A stretch of DNA of 64,000 bases, taken from NCBI RefSeq assembly GCF_009914755.1, contig NC_060940.1, one strand, 5' to 3'. The notes beneath the pieces are model-generated. The model was not told the DNA's origin, searched no databases, and saw only the letters and a list, made by a program, of their open reading frames with translations. This DNA comes from the human T2T-CHM13v2.0 reference genome, Homo sapiens. Shown here piece by piece: positions 1 to 13,256 of this stretch (positions within the stretch are counted from its first letter, which is position 1; every line of letters begins with the position of its first letter). The position numbers and the translations under genes are program-made.

Positions 1-1960
1 AGGCTTCAACCACTGGGTTTCCATAGACATGGAAATTTCCATTCATGGTTTCTACTGACACCGACCCCCTGGGAATGCTGAAAACACTAGAACACAGCTC
101 TTGATTCGCTCAGATTTTCTTATTTAAGACAAAGAAAATTTCTTGTGCAAAAATCGAGTCAGTATCATTCTATCTTTATTCTCTATTCTCTCTCTCCCTC
201 TCCCCATCTCTGTCTCCTGTCTTTATTTTCTTCCTTATCTATCCCCCTTTTTCTCTTTCCCTCGCTGTTTCTTTCTTCTTCCTTTGTTTGTCTCTTTTCC
301 TAACTTTTTTGCATATGTAGCTGTGTCTTTTCCTGCCTTCTTTTTCTGCACTCTATCCCCAGCTCTCTAGCTTCCCCGCAACACACATACACCACCTACT
401 ATGCTATCTGGCAATTCCCACTGGGGAACTGTGGCAAGACATCTTATCACTGGGGAAGGAAATTCAAGCTGAAAGAATTCACCTTTTTACTTAAAATTTC
501 TTAACTCTGTGACTATTCCTGTTTTCTACTTATGAAGTCCAGCCTCCTCGCCCCCCATTCCCCTCAGGTGTGGCAGTGAGGTTAAAGTGGCCACACGCTG
601 CTGTTGGAGTGAGCCTTCCTGCTCCATGTGGGTTCTATAAAATGTGCCCTTGGCACCTGTTCAATCAGACCCAATGAGGATTTTGGAACAGTATGTTTTC
701 TACTGTAATTACATCTCAACAGTGACCATTTATATTATTCCTTGATTGCAAATAAATTTACAGTGCTTATTTTTGTGCTCCCTACCTTCATTGCATTTTT
801 CAATATATTTAATACACTTTAATCACACAATGGGAGGTGAGGAAATACGGGCCCCTCTTGTGAAGGGAACGAGAGGGTGGTTGGGCTCAGAGCTGCTTTT
901 TCTTTGTTACACATGTTGTGGTTGTTTTCTAATTGGAGAGTCATGAACATGTTTATGGACCTGCAAGGAGAAATAAGTTGATGTGCAGGGAAGGAGGGCA
1001 GGAAGGGGTAAGGCACTGAGGAGTACATAGCGGGTGGGAGCCAGGGACTGGAGTTCACTTTGAGCAGCAAGGAAGATAGCCTCCTGCAGCCAGGGGAAGG
1101 AGGCAAGAAAGAGGCAAAGGGAGGGGGCCTGTGGGTTTCCAGGTTGGGGATGCTGAACACGGAGAGCACCTGCCTTCTCGCACTCTTCCCCTGTGGGTCA
1201 AGCAGCAAGGTCTGCTGCTGAGAGAAGCAGGGGTCTAGAGCCCACTTTGCAGCTTTGCTGAAGCACCCAGCCACCTGAGGACCTGATTCAAAAGGTGGGC
1301 CCAGGTTGTACCTTTCTAACCAGCTCACAGCTAAGCTGGTCCAAAGCCCACACTTTGCATAGGGAGGGGAAAATGGACGACATGCCATTTTTTCTTCATT
1401 GTCAAGTAAGCTGGAGTCTGAACACGTTCTAATTGGACAAAATGGAAAATGCCGTGTTTTAATTTTCTGAGGCCCATTGAGACAGCCCCAAGGGTGACAC
1501 AGCTGCCTCCTTTCAAGCCTCTGCTCCTTTGTAGGTTGATGGAACTTGACCCTGGCTGTAGGACCAGAATCAATTTGTTGCACCTGCATCCACTTGGCAC
1601 CCACAGGTATAAAATGTATTTATTGAAAAGCAGCAGGAAGTACAGAAAGCAGGAAAAAAAATACCTTTCTTCTTTTATAAAAGGGATTATCAGCTGCTAA
1701 TTCAAAAATTGTAGGGTAATGAAAACTACATCAATAATTTTCATAATAATTATAGTCTTTGGTTTTACCCTTGAATGTTTTTCTGGCAACATCTGATTCA
1801 ATTACCCCAGAAAATGTTACTATGCTCTTCCAGCATTTTCCTATGAGGTTTGAATCTATGACCAAATAAGTGATAACTCTTGTCCTAGGGGAGCTTGTGG
1901 GCTGCCGTACACAGGCAACTGTCATGTAGGGAGACCTGACACACACATCTTAGCTGGATT

Positions 1961-2177
1961 AGTGGTTCTCAACCCCAGAGGGTTTTCCACACCCCGCTGG
2001 GACACCCAACAATGTCTGAACACATTTTTTATTGTCACAGCTTGGATGGTGCTACCAGCATCTAGTAGGTAAGAACTAAGGATGCTGCTCAGCATCTCCC
2101 AATGCACAGGGCAGCCCCCACCCAATGAACAATTATCCAGCCCAGAATGTCATTAGTGGCGAGGTCGAAAGACTCTA
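1961..2177 (+). mobile_element. MER20 (hAT-Charlie MITE)
   Basis: agtggttctcaacc...gcatctagtaggtaag...aatgcacagggcagcccc...aattatccagcccagaatgtca follows the MER20 consensus. Confidence 0.85.
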
Positions 2178-2224
2178 AGTGAGATTAGGATTACGATTAG
2201 ATTACAATTCGAAAGGAAAAAGCA

Positions 2225-2556
2225 GGGTGGATTCGGTGGCTAATGCCTGTTATCTTAACATTTTAGGCGGCTGAGGCTGGAGGATTGCCTAAGGCCAGGA
2301 GTTCAAGACCAGCCTGGGCAACATAGTGAGACCCTGTCTCTATAAAAATTATAAATATATAAAATATATTTTAAAAATTTAAATATATATATAGTGTGGT
2401 GTCACATGCCTGCAGTCCCAGCTACTCTGGGGGCTGAGGCAGAAGGCTCCATTGAGCCCGGGAGGTCAAGGCTGCAGTGAGCCATCATCACGCAAGTGTA
2501 TTCCAGCCTGGGCAACAAAGCAAGAGCCTGTCTCAAAAAATAATAAAATAAAAATA
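2225..2556 (+). mobile_element. AluJ with AT-expanded central linker
   Basis: Both Alu arms present (ggagttcaagaccagcctgggcaacatagtgagaccc; ggtcaaggctgcagtgagc) plus an A-rich tail. Confidence 0.9.
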
Positions 2557-2834
2557 GTTGATCAGAACACTTCTGGTTATAAGAGACCCCTAGCTCTAAG
2601 TAGTTTAGATAACAAGGGGACTTTCTATTGGTAGGAATATTAGGTAGTGAGAGACTAGGGTACTGTAACAAAAAGTTCCCAAAAGAACAACGTGTATTTC
2701 TTTGCTCATGAAATTCCTTAAAATGATGTTCAGTGCAACAAACATCGTTTCTTTATGTATTTTATTTATCCATTTTCATTATAACAATGTGCATTTTATT
2801 GCTTATGTGCTGGGCATTCATGTAAGCATTTTAT

Positions 2835-2965
2835 AAATTATTTAATCCATCATAATCCTGTAAGGGTAGGTATTATTATTATTAATTATTCCCATTTTGC
2901 AGATGAGAAAATGGAGACACGGAGAGGTTAAATGACCTGCCAAAAGTCACAAAGATAACAAGATG
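2835..2965 (-). mobile_element. MIR
   Basis: MIR core: cccattttgcagatgagaaaatggagacacggagaggttaaatgacctgcc. Confidence 0.8.
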
Positions 2966-2990
2966 CAGCTTCCTGTGGCTTTCAACATGA

Positions 2991-3327
<337 letters not shown>

Positions 3328-4197
3328 CATAGGTCTTTTTTAATGTGACAGAGTGCCACTGGAGTGCGTCTCTCCTCACGCAGATTTTCATTATGTTACT
3401 CCACCCTGTGATGAGAGCCCAGGAGGGACAGAGAATGCTTTTTAATCCTCCTTATCTCATTGAGCCTGATTCCCAAGGGAACGATTCTCATCCATTTATT
3501 CTCCCTCTGGGACTCAGAAACTCCATCAGCCACCTCTGGAAGGAATATGCGACGTGCTCATGGGAATTACAGTCGGGCCCAAGGGGTCTATTTGAAATGG
3601 GAATCAGTGGTGCAAACACAGAGAATGGATTTAGAGCAGTTTCTTCTGACTAAGACATTTGGAATTTAAATGCAAATTAGAAGCTGTAAGTCAATTCCGT
3701 GTATGAATTTATACAAATCCCTTGTAATGAAAGCAGAAGGTTTCTCTTGTCCTTGTTTGTGCTGTGGTGTTAGCATCACGAGCCTAACCAAGTGTGTCAA
3801 TCTCCCTACAGCTCTGGAGATTAGACCTGTGCTTTCTCCAGTTAGAGACGGCTGTGAGTGCCATGCTGGGGGTGGGATTCTCCATGGGCTGCAGGGGTCT
3901 GTGTAGTTTCTCCATTAACTTCAGCAACACCCCATGGAAATTGGGAAGAAGGAGGGTCCTCGTGGTTTAGCCAAAGGTTTTGAAAGAGACAAGGCTCTCA
4001 TTGTACCCCCTCTTTACTGGCCCCTCATGCCATTCACAAAGCAAGCCCTCATTCTCAAATATTGCCTTTCCTCACTCAGGAGCTGGAGGCTGGGCTCTGG
4101 GAAGCTGACAGGCCACGGTCTCTTGTATTTGAAAGGAGCAACCCAAGGGCTACATATGGGTTAACAAATGACTTGAATCCCCAGCGCCTGCAGCCTG

Positions 4198-4778
4198 GAG
4201 TCCCCATATGACCCAGCAGCTCCACTCCTAGGTGTAAACCGAAGAGAATGAAGGCATAAGTCCTCCCAAAACTTGCAGATGTGAACATTCACAGCAGCAT
4301 TATTCCCCATAGCCACTAAGTGGAAACAGTTCCAGGTCCATCAACTGATAAATGGAGAAACAAAACATGGTCCATCCACATGACGGAATGCTTTCAGCCA
4401 CACAAAGGACTGAAGTACTGATCCACGCTACAGTGTGGATGAACCGTGAAAACACGATGTTCAGTGAAAAAAGTCAGACAGAAATGGCCATATATTGCGC
4501 AATTCCATTTCTATGAAATGTCCAGAACAGGGAGATCTCCGGGGACAGAAAGCCAATTAGTGGTTGCCAGGGGCCGGGAGTGGGTGAAGAATGGGGAGTG
4601 GCTGCTCCTGGGGGTGGGGTTTCTGTTCGAGGTGTTAAAAAAATTCTAAAATTGATTGTGGTGGTGGTTGCACAACTCTGTGAATGTACTGGAATCCATT
4701 CATATGTACAATTTAAATTGATGAATTTTTTGGTATGTGAATCATAGCGCAATAAAACTGTTAGCAAAGAAAAAACTG
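4198..4778 (+). mobile_element. L1M (L1MB-like) 3' end
   Basis: ccatatgacccagcagctccactcctaggt, gcagcattattc, attccatttctatgaaatgtccagaacagg, ending in aataaaactgtt and an A-rich tail. Confidence 0.85.
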
Positions 4779-5632
4779 CATAGCACCATGTCTAAAGACT
4801 ATAGGGGATGTCACCCAAAGGGTCACCTTTTTAGGCAGAACTTGAGCTCTTGTTAAGGTTTGAAAAATCACAAGCTGTTTTTTTTTTTCCTCCATAGCTC
4901 AGAAATCAAACCAGATTGAGGAAAATCTTTCTAGGGAAAAAAAACTCACAAAAGCTGAGAAAATTAAAATATATAGAGCTCCTAGAATCAGGAATTGTAG
5001 CTTACTTTTAATATCATCAGCACTCTAGCATAGTTCTGGTACTTAGGTGTTGAAGAGTTGACAGGAAACAGAACCCAGGAGGTAAATGAAGAATCAATCT
5101 GTTGGGAAGAGGTTTAGAAAGGAAGAAATCACTTAGGAATTCTCTTACCCTGCTTTATTTTTCTTCAAATAATCCAACAAGCTGGGTATTTTATTATTTA
5201 TGTATCTATGTAGCATCTCACTCCCACATAGGGACAACACTCATGACAGAAGGGGCCTCCTATGGTTTGTCCGCTGCTGTGTCCGGCATTAAGAACGGCG
5301 CTCAGCACGGCGTCATCAGCCATAAATATTTGTGGAATGTACAGACAGGGGATTGAAGGCTTGGATAGGGGAATATGTCCTTGGAGAGTGAAATGAACGA
5401 GTGGCTAGGAACACACACATGGGTGGGGGAATTAACATACTGACAGGGAATGAACAAATGGGTGGGGTAATGAATGCACAAATCAGAGACTTAATACATA
5501 GTATAGACAGGGATGGGCATGTGGCTAGGGGATGATGGATGGAGGATAAAAGTGTGGATAGAGGATGAATGAATCATTCCAGCAGAGACTTGTAGGCAGC
5601 CAGCATGACTGAATTTGTTCCGGTTCTTTCTA

Positions 5633-5710
5633 TCAGGCTGGTGCAAAAGTAATTGCAGTTTTTGCAATTAAAAATGGCAAAAAATTGCAATTACTTTTGC
5701 ACCAACCTGA
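5633..5710. mobile_element. MADE1 (Hsmar1-derived palindromic MITE)
   Basis: tcaggctggtgcaaaagtaattgcag...ttgcaattacttttgcaccaacctga, flanked by TA on both sides. Confidence 0.93.
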
Positions 5711-6744
5711 TACATCTATAAGCATGTCTGGGGGAAGGGTCCCTCCTGCACCCTCACGTGGTGGGGTTTATCTGAACATTAGGGTATAGGCCATAGTTAG
5801 GAACAGCCCCTGAATTTAACAGAGAAAGACCCTGAAGCAAGTAAGGCAGGTCAGGAGACCAGGATGGGCAGAGGTCCTGTATAGGACAATGTGCAAGAAA
5901 GGACCCAACAAGGCAGCTTTGCAAGATGTCGGGATCAGGGGCCAAGAGGAGAAGAAGCACAAGAGGTCAGACGAAGAATCCTGCAGATTGTTAGCCCCAG
6001 GATGAGGAAACAGGCCTGAGAGTCTCATCTGTTTCATCAGAGAGCAATAAAAGAAAATTAAAATATAATAATGCCAGGATGTTCCAAACAGCTCTTTATT
6101 GCTACAGAACTACCATGCCTGTACTTTCGTCTCCAGGCAAATATACTCAAAATAGTTTCCTATTGCTCCACTCACCCCATCATTCGTCCCCTTTCTGCAT
6201 TAGGCCTACGGGTTAATGGATGCTGCCACCTGATCCCTGCATGATTTCCCACCAACCCTATGACTCTGGGTTCTGGAGAGGTGAAAGAGCATCTCCAGGT
6301 GGCTCAAAACTGTGGCTCCAGGTACTACTCCTCCAGGCGGGCTGCTCCCTGGGGCACGTGTTCTCAGTCCACCAGTGGGCCATGCCGCATCAGCCCACCT
6401 GCTTCCTGGCACATGGGATGCACAGCCCATGACCTTGGACCCAGCAGTAGGCAGCATGCTTTCCAGTTTTGAAGGCAAGGACGGAGGCATACAAGGCACT
6501 ACTTGAGATCCTGTCTGATTTAGAATTTTGTAGGACGGATTCCTGTTGTTGAACACACTGAGTGATGAGAAACTTGGCAAATCTTGTTGGCAAATCTCTC
6601 ACCTTGATTCCCTTTGGCATCCTTTGTGTCTGTCTGATCCTTCCAGCCTGGCCTTTGGATAGCAGGTACCCACTTCTTAGGATGTGCCAGACACCACGGT
6701 AAGAGTTTGATCTGCACTTGTTCATTTATTCACCAGAATCACCT

Positions 6745-6860
6745 ATGGAGTTAGCAGTGACCCTATCCCCATTTTACAGATAAGGAAGTACCGAGGCTTA
6801 CAGAGGTGAAGTTGCTTGTGTCAGGGCACCCAGCTGTTGAGTGACAAAGCCAGACCCTCT
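6745..6860 (-). mobile_element. MIR
   Basis: atccccattttacagataaggaagtaccgaggcttacagaggtgaagttgcttg. Confidence 0.7.
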
Positions 6861-7104
6861 GAGGTGGGGCACTGAGCAGAGGCCCGAATGGCAAGATGGT
6901 GCCAGTACATGAAGACAAGAGTCTGTCAGAGAGAACGACACAGGTAGAGTCCTGCAGCTTGAGCAACTGCTTACAAACCCATGGCAGAGCCCATGTGAAT
7001 GAGGGAGAAAAGGCAGAGATGGGCAGATCCCAGAAGGCCTGGGAACCCATGGAAAAGGCTCTGGATTTTGTAAAGTAGAAGCTGTTGCAGGGCTGCGAAG
7101 ACAG

Positions 7105-7990
7105 AGGAATGTCAGCTCCATGAGGGCAGGAATGTGTGTCTTCTTTGTTCAGTGAAGACTCCCAAACACCCAGAATCGAGCCTGGCATGTAGCAGGTGTT
7201 CAGTGGCTTCATTGAATCAATGAATCATGTTTAAATTTGTAACAAAATGACTCTGGCTGCTACTATGCAGAGGACAGGTTGTAGAGAGAAAGTGGCAGGG
7301 GGGAAAACAGAGGAGGAGTCAAACACCCCTGTAGGAGATAATCAAATTACCTGAGCGGAGCTTCTGATGGCTCCACCAAGGTTGGTAGGGGTGGGACACA
7401 GAGAAATAGGCCTATTCAGCACATATTCTGCATGCATGCAACCATTACCACTATCTAAGGCTGGAACTTTTTCATCACCCGAGGGGAAACTTTACACCCA
7501 TTAAGTGGTCATTCTCCATTCCCACCCCTCACACCCAGCCCCTGGCAACCATAAGTCTGTTTTCTGTCTGTCTGAGTTTGCCTCACAGATATTTCGTAGA
7601 AATGGAATCATATAGTTTTTAAGAGTTGTTGCTGATGGACTGGATGTGAGAAATGAGAAAAGAGAGGAATCAAAAGATGACTCCTGCATTTTCAGCCTTC
7701 ACAACATGAATAAATGGTGGTGCTCTTTGCCAAGAAAAGGGAGAAGGGGGAAAGATGAGATTTGTTTTGGTGGAGTCGGGAGGTGGAAAGGCCTCTGTTT
7801 CGATCATGTTAAGTTTGAGGTGCCTGTTAGACACCCAGAAGCAGATGCTGGCTGTGACTTGGCACTTACAATCCTGGATACAGGGCAGAGTCCAGGGTTG
7901 GGGGTGTGAGTGTGTGATTCCTCAGTAGAGAGGCAGGGCATGGAAGTTCTCATCCAGGTGCTGACTGATGAAGAGCTGCCATTGCCCAAG
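7105..7990. mobile_element. L2 fragments interrupted by an antisense L1M piece (~7435-7620)
   Basis: L2 3' end (gctccatgagggcagg...gcctggcatgtagcaggtgttcagt...tgaat); antisense L2 (gaggaatcaaaagatgactcc, catgttaagtttgaggtgcct); L1 piece cccagcccctggcaaccataagtctg. Confidence 0.65.
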
Positions 7991-9247
7991 CTGGGACCAG
8001 AACCCCTGAGCCATGTTAAGAAAAAGTCAACCAGATCCAGGCATTGTTACCCTTGAATGGTAAAGGTGATTTAGTGGAATCTTGATCAAGGCTCCTGAGC
8101 CATTTCCTGTGGGAAAGTAGACATCTTTGAATGACTGCACAGAGAATCGTGGTCTTTGCCACTCTCCCCTACAGTTTTGGCAATATCACAGCCAATTTTA
8201 GGGCACAAACACAAACCATTCCCAGTTATCCTTTGCCTGTAATAGGAATAAGACAGCATGGTGTAAGGAATTACTTGATTTTAGAAGGCATTTCATCTCT
8301 CCAAGTCAATCTTTAGGGATCGACACTGCTGGTGGCTTATGAATTTCAGATGTGGTACATTCTGGGAATGCCAGCTCTTGGGCTCCAGGAAAGGTGATTA
8401 AAGGACAGGCTGATGCCAACATTTATGGAGAATAAAACTTGCACTTCAGGTACAGTAAACTCAGGGCACTCAGTTGGGCTTCACTCTTCCATATTCTTAG
8501 GAAAGACTAAAGTCACATGAATAAGATCTCAGCCCTGCATATGTAATGGCAAAATGAATGATGTAGGCTCTTCCTTTGAGAAACTAACAGACTGTGGATC
8601 CAGCTCATTGTAAAGAAACAGCCATATGAGTGATGTAAAGGGTATTAATCCCTCAATACAGGATCATTTATCTGTAGTACCACTCCATTGCTACATTGTT
8701 CCTGAGCCAAGTGTCCTGGCCACCATGTCTCTGGGACAGTGAGTGACATTATGAGGTCAAACAAGGTGTCCCCCATAGACCGTCAAGAAGACAGGCTGCT
8801 GCTTTTCAGGGATCTCTACTCTGATCCCCTTGGGATAGCTTCTAGGTTCATGAGTAGGCAGAATCCCACTGAGTTCCTAGTTCCTCTTTGACCCCCAGAG
8901 CAGCACTTTAGACATAAAGTTCATCTATGCTCAGGATGACAGCCAACCAGTAGCTCCAAAGTGTTCCTTGACAATCATTTTCTACTTTACTGAACAGCCC
9001 ACCTTCCTCTGCAGCAGACCGCTTCTTTGCTGGAGAGGCTGTGGGCTGGGGATATGGAGAACAAACTGATGAGTGAGGGATGTGTCTGCAGAATCAGTCA
9101 GTGGAAGAGATGACCTCCAGGAGACTGTGATTTCCTTGGCAAAGGTACTGCATTTGCTTGCTTAGCAATATTTGTGAACTCCTTGCCATAGAACAGCAAG
9201 AATTCGCAACATTCCCTGCCAGTGGCATCCTTCAGCACTGCCAGCCA

Positions 9248-11186
9248 CATGTCCTCACCAGCAAGGTCCCATGTCCTCACCAGCAGGTCCCATATCCTCA
9301 CCAGCAAGGTCCCATATCATCACCACCAGGTCCCATATCCTCACCAGCAAGGTCCCATGTCCCCACCACCAGGTCCCATATCCTCACCAGCAAGGTCTCA
9401 TGTCCTCACCACCAGGTCCCATATCCTCACCAGCAAGGTCCCATATCCTCACCACCAGGTCCCATGTCCTCACCAGCAAGGTCCCATATCCTCACCACCA
9501 GGTGCCATGTCCTCACCAGCAAGGTCCCATATCCTCACCACCAGGTGCCATATCCTCACCAGCAAGGTCTCATGTCCTCACCACCAGGTCCCATGTCCTC
9601 ACCAGCAAGGTCCCATATCCTCACCAGCAAGGTCTCATGTCCTCACCACCAGGTCCCATATCCTCACCAGCAAGGTCCCATGTCCTCACCACCAGGTCCC
9701 GTATCCTCACCAGCAAGGTCTCATGTCCTCACCACCAGGTCCCGTATCCTCAGCAGCAAGGTCCCATATCCTCACCAGCAAGGTCCCATGTCCTCACCAC
9801 CAGGTCCCGTATCCTCACCAGCAAGGTCTCATGTCCTTACCACCAGGTCCCATATCCTCACCAGCAAGGTCCCATATCCTCACCACCAGGTCCCATGTCC
9901 TCACCAGCAAGGTCCCATATCCTCACCACCAGGTCCCATGTCCTCACCAGCAAGGTCTCATGTCCTCACCACCAGGTCCCATATCCTCACCAGCAAGGTC
10001 CCATATCCTCACCACCAGGTCCCATATCCTCACCAGCAAGGTCTCATGTCCTCACCACCAGGTCCCATGTCCTCACCAGCAAGGTCCCATATGCTCACCA
10101 GCAAGGTCTCATGTCCTCGCCACCAGGTCCCATATCCTCACCAGCAAGGTCCCATGTCCTCACCACCAGGTCCCGTATCCTCACCAGCAAGGTCTCATGT
10201 CCTCACCACCAGGTCCCGTATCCTCAGCAGCAAGGTCCCATATCCTCACCAGCAAGGTCCCATGTCCTCACCACCAGGTCCCGTATCCTCACCAGCAAGG
10301 TCCCATGTCCTCACCACCAGGTCCCGTATCCTCACCAGCAAGGTCCCATATCCTCACCACCAGGTCCCATGTCCTCACCAGCAAGGTCTCATGTTCTCAC
10401 CACCAGGTCCCATATCCTCACCAGCAAGGTCCCATATCCTCACCACCAGGTCCCATATCCTCACCAGCAAGGTCTCATGTCCTCACCACCAGGTCCCATG
10501 TCCTCACCAGCAAGGTCCCATATCCTCACCAGCAAGGTCTCATGTCCTCACCACCAGGTCCCATATCCTCACCAGCAAGGTCCCATGTCCTCACCACCAG
10601 GTCCCGTATCCTCACCAGCAAGGTCTCCTGTCCTCACCACCAGGTCCCGTATCCTCACCAGCAAGGTCCCATATCCTCACCAGCAAGGTCCCATGTCCTC
10701 ACCACCAGGTCCCGTATCCTCACCAGCAAGGTCCCATGTCCTCACCACCAGGTCCCATGTCCTCACCACCAGGTCCCATATCCTCACCAGCAAGGTTCCA
10801 TGTCCTCACCACCAGGTCCCATATCCTCACCAGCAAGGTCCCATGTCCTCACCACCAGGTCCCATATCCTCACCACCAGGTCCCATGTCCTCACCAGCAA
10901 GGTCCCATGTCCTCACCACCAGGTCCCATATCCTCACCAGGAAGGTCCCATATCCTCACCACCAGGTCCCATATCCTCACCAGCAAGGTCCCATGTCCTC
11001 ACCACCAGGTCCCATGTCCTCACCAGCAAGTTCTCATGTCCTCACCACCAGGTCCCGTATCCTCACCAGCAAGGTCTCATGTCCTCACCACCAGGTCCCA
11101 TGTCCTCACCAGCAAGGTCCCATGTCCTCACCACCAGGTCCCATGTCCTCAACACCAGGTCCCATGTCCTCACCAGCAAGGTCCCA
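9248..11186. repeat. Minisatellite/VNTR, ~90 interspersed units of 22 bp (GGTCYCATRTCCTCACCAGCAA) and 21 bp (GGTCCCRTRTCCTCACCACCA)
   Basis: Directly visible, highly homogeneous tandem array of 1.94 kb. Confidence 0.98.
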
Positions 11187-11264
11187 ACACAAGTTAGAAT
11201 GTGCCATCAGGTTTCTTTTATCATTTGATCTTAGAACTAAAAGGGACCTCAGTGGTTACCTCAA

Positions 11265-11440
11265 GCTGTTGTTCTCAGCCCTTGGCTGTTCATTAGAATC
11301 ACAGGGGGGTGTTTTCAGAAATACGTATGCCTGGGCCCCATCCAAGAACGATCTCTGAAAGCAGGACCCCATATCATTAGTGGGTTTGTTTTAAGGCTTT
11401 CAGGTGTTTTAATGTGTAGTCAGGGTTAAGAATGACAGCT
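11265..11440. mobile_element. MER5-like hAT-Charlie relic
   Basis: gttctcagcccttggctgttcattagaatcac...tgcctgggcccca...cagggttaagaa. Confidence 0.55.
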
Positions 11441-11471
11441 TTAGTCTGATACCCTTTTCTCAGATAAGTGA

Positions 11472-12353
<882 letters not shown>

Positions 12354-12961
12354 AGTTAGAGGCCAACTAGAATTTGCCCCACTTCATTGAATTCCCTACT
12401 CCTTTAAATATGCAGAATTGCATAAGCCAAACTCCAGTGTCTTTAGAAAGCAGACTATGTTATTGTTTCTTGAAAAGCCATTCTTCCTCCAGATTCAGAT
12501 GTTGGTGGTCAAATGAGTATCTCTACAGAAAATCTCTCTGCTTCTCCGAATTAAACTATTTTCAATTATCTTGTCAGATGAACAAATGTGTTTTGCATTT
12601 TCTTTCATTTTTTAAAGAGAGAAACTCAAGTGAAGGAGAGCTACTAACGTCCAATGAAATAAAGTATCCAAGCCTGAAATTCAAGAAAAAAAAATGTAGG
12701 CATATTTGCTCTTTGGTTTTTATTTTTCTGTCACCATCTAATGTAATATTTATTTAATCATTCCCCTAAGGCAATGATTTTCAAACTCTCTTTAGCAGCA
12801 AAACTTTTTTTTTTTTTTCAAACAAAATCCCAGGCAGGAATTCTAATATACAAAACAGATAAAATATAATTAACAGATTCCTCAGGCAGTTTAAATTCTT
12901 ATTATTTGAAGGAAAATGTTTGATGCCTTGGTAGGACTCCTGTACCATCTCAAACATTCTT

Positions 12962-13256
12962 GCTGGACTCAGTGGCTCACACCTATAATTGCAGCACTTT
13001 GCGGGACCAAGACAGGAGGATCACTTGAGCCCAGGCATTCGAGGCCAGCCTGAGCAGTATAGTGAAACCCTGTCTCTACACAAAATGTAAAAATTAGCTT
13101 GGCGTGGTGGCACATACACACCCAGCTACTAGGGATGCTGAGGCACAAGGATCACTTGCACTTAGGAGGTCAAGGCTGCAATGAGACGCAGTCACACCAC
13201 TGCACTCCAGCCTGGGTGACAGAGCGAGACCCTGTCTCAAAAAAAAAAAAAAAAAA
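12962..13256 (+). mobile_element. AluJ
   Basis: ggatcacttgagcccagg, ggtcaaggctgcaatgag and a poly-A tail. Confidence 0.9.

Noticed and set aside
819-1604. 261-aa minus-strand ORF
   Set aside because: No recognisable domain, non-ATG start, and composition typical of a chance intronic ORF.
2341-2395. AT-rich quasi-palindrome in the AluJ linker
   Set aside because: Ordinary microsatellite growth from the Alu middle A-rich region.
9248-11186. CAG|GT in each 21-bp unit as recursive splice sites
   Set aside because: The donor GTCCCA is a poor U1 match and there is no U-rich tract or branch point.
9158-11358. Three ~680-aa ORFs as a real protein-coding gene, or the array as a CRISPR locus
   Set aside because: The ORFs follow from a stop-free repeat unit and have no domain or gene structure. 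The array has no unique spacers, no cas genes are present, and the DNA is primate intron.
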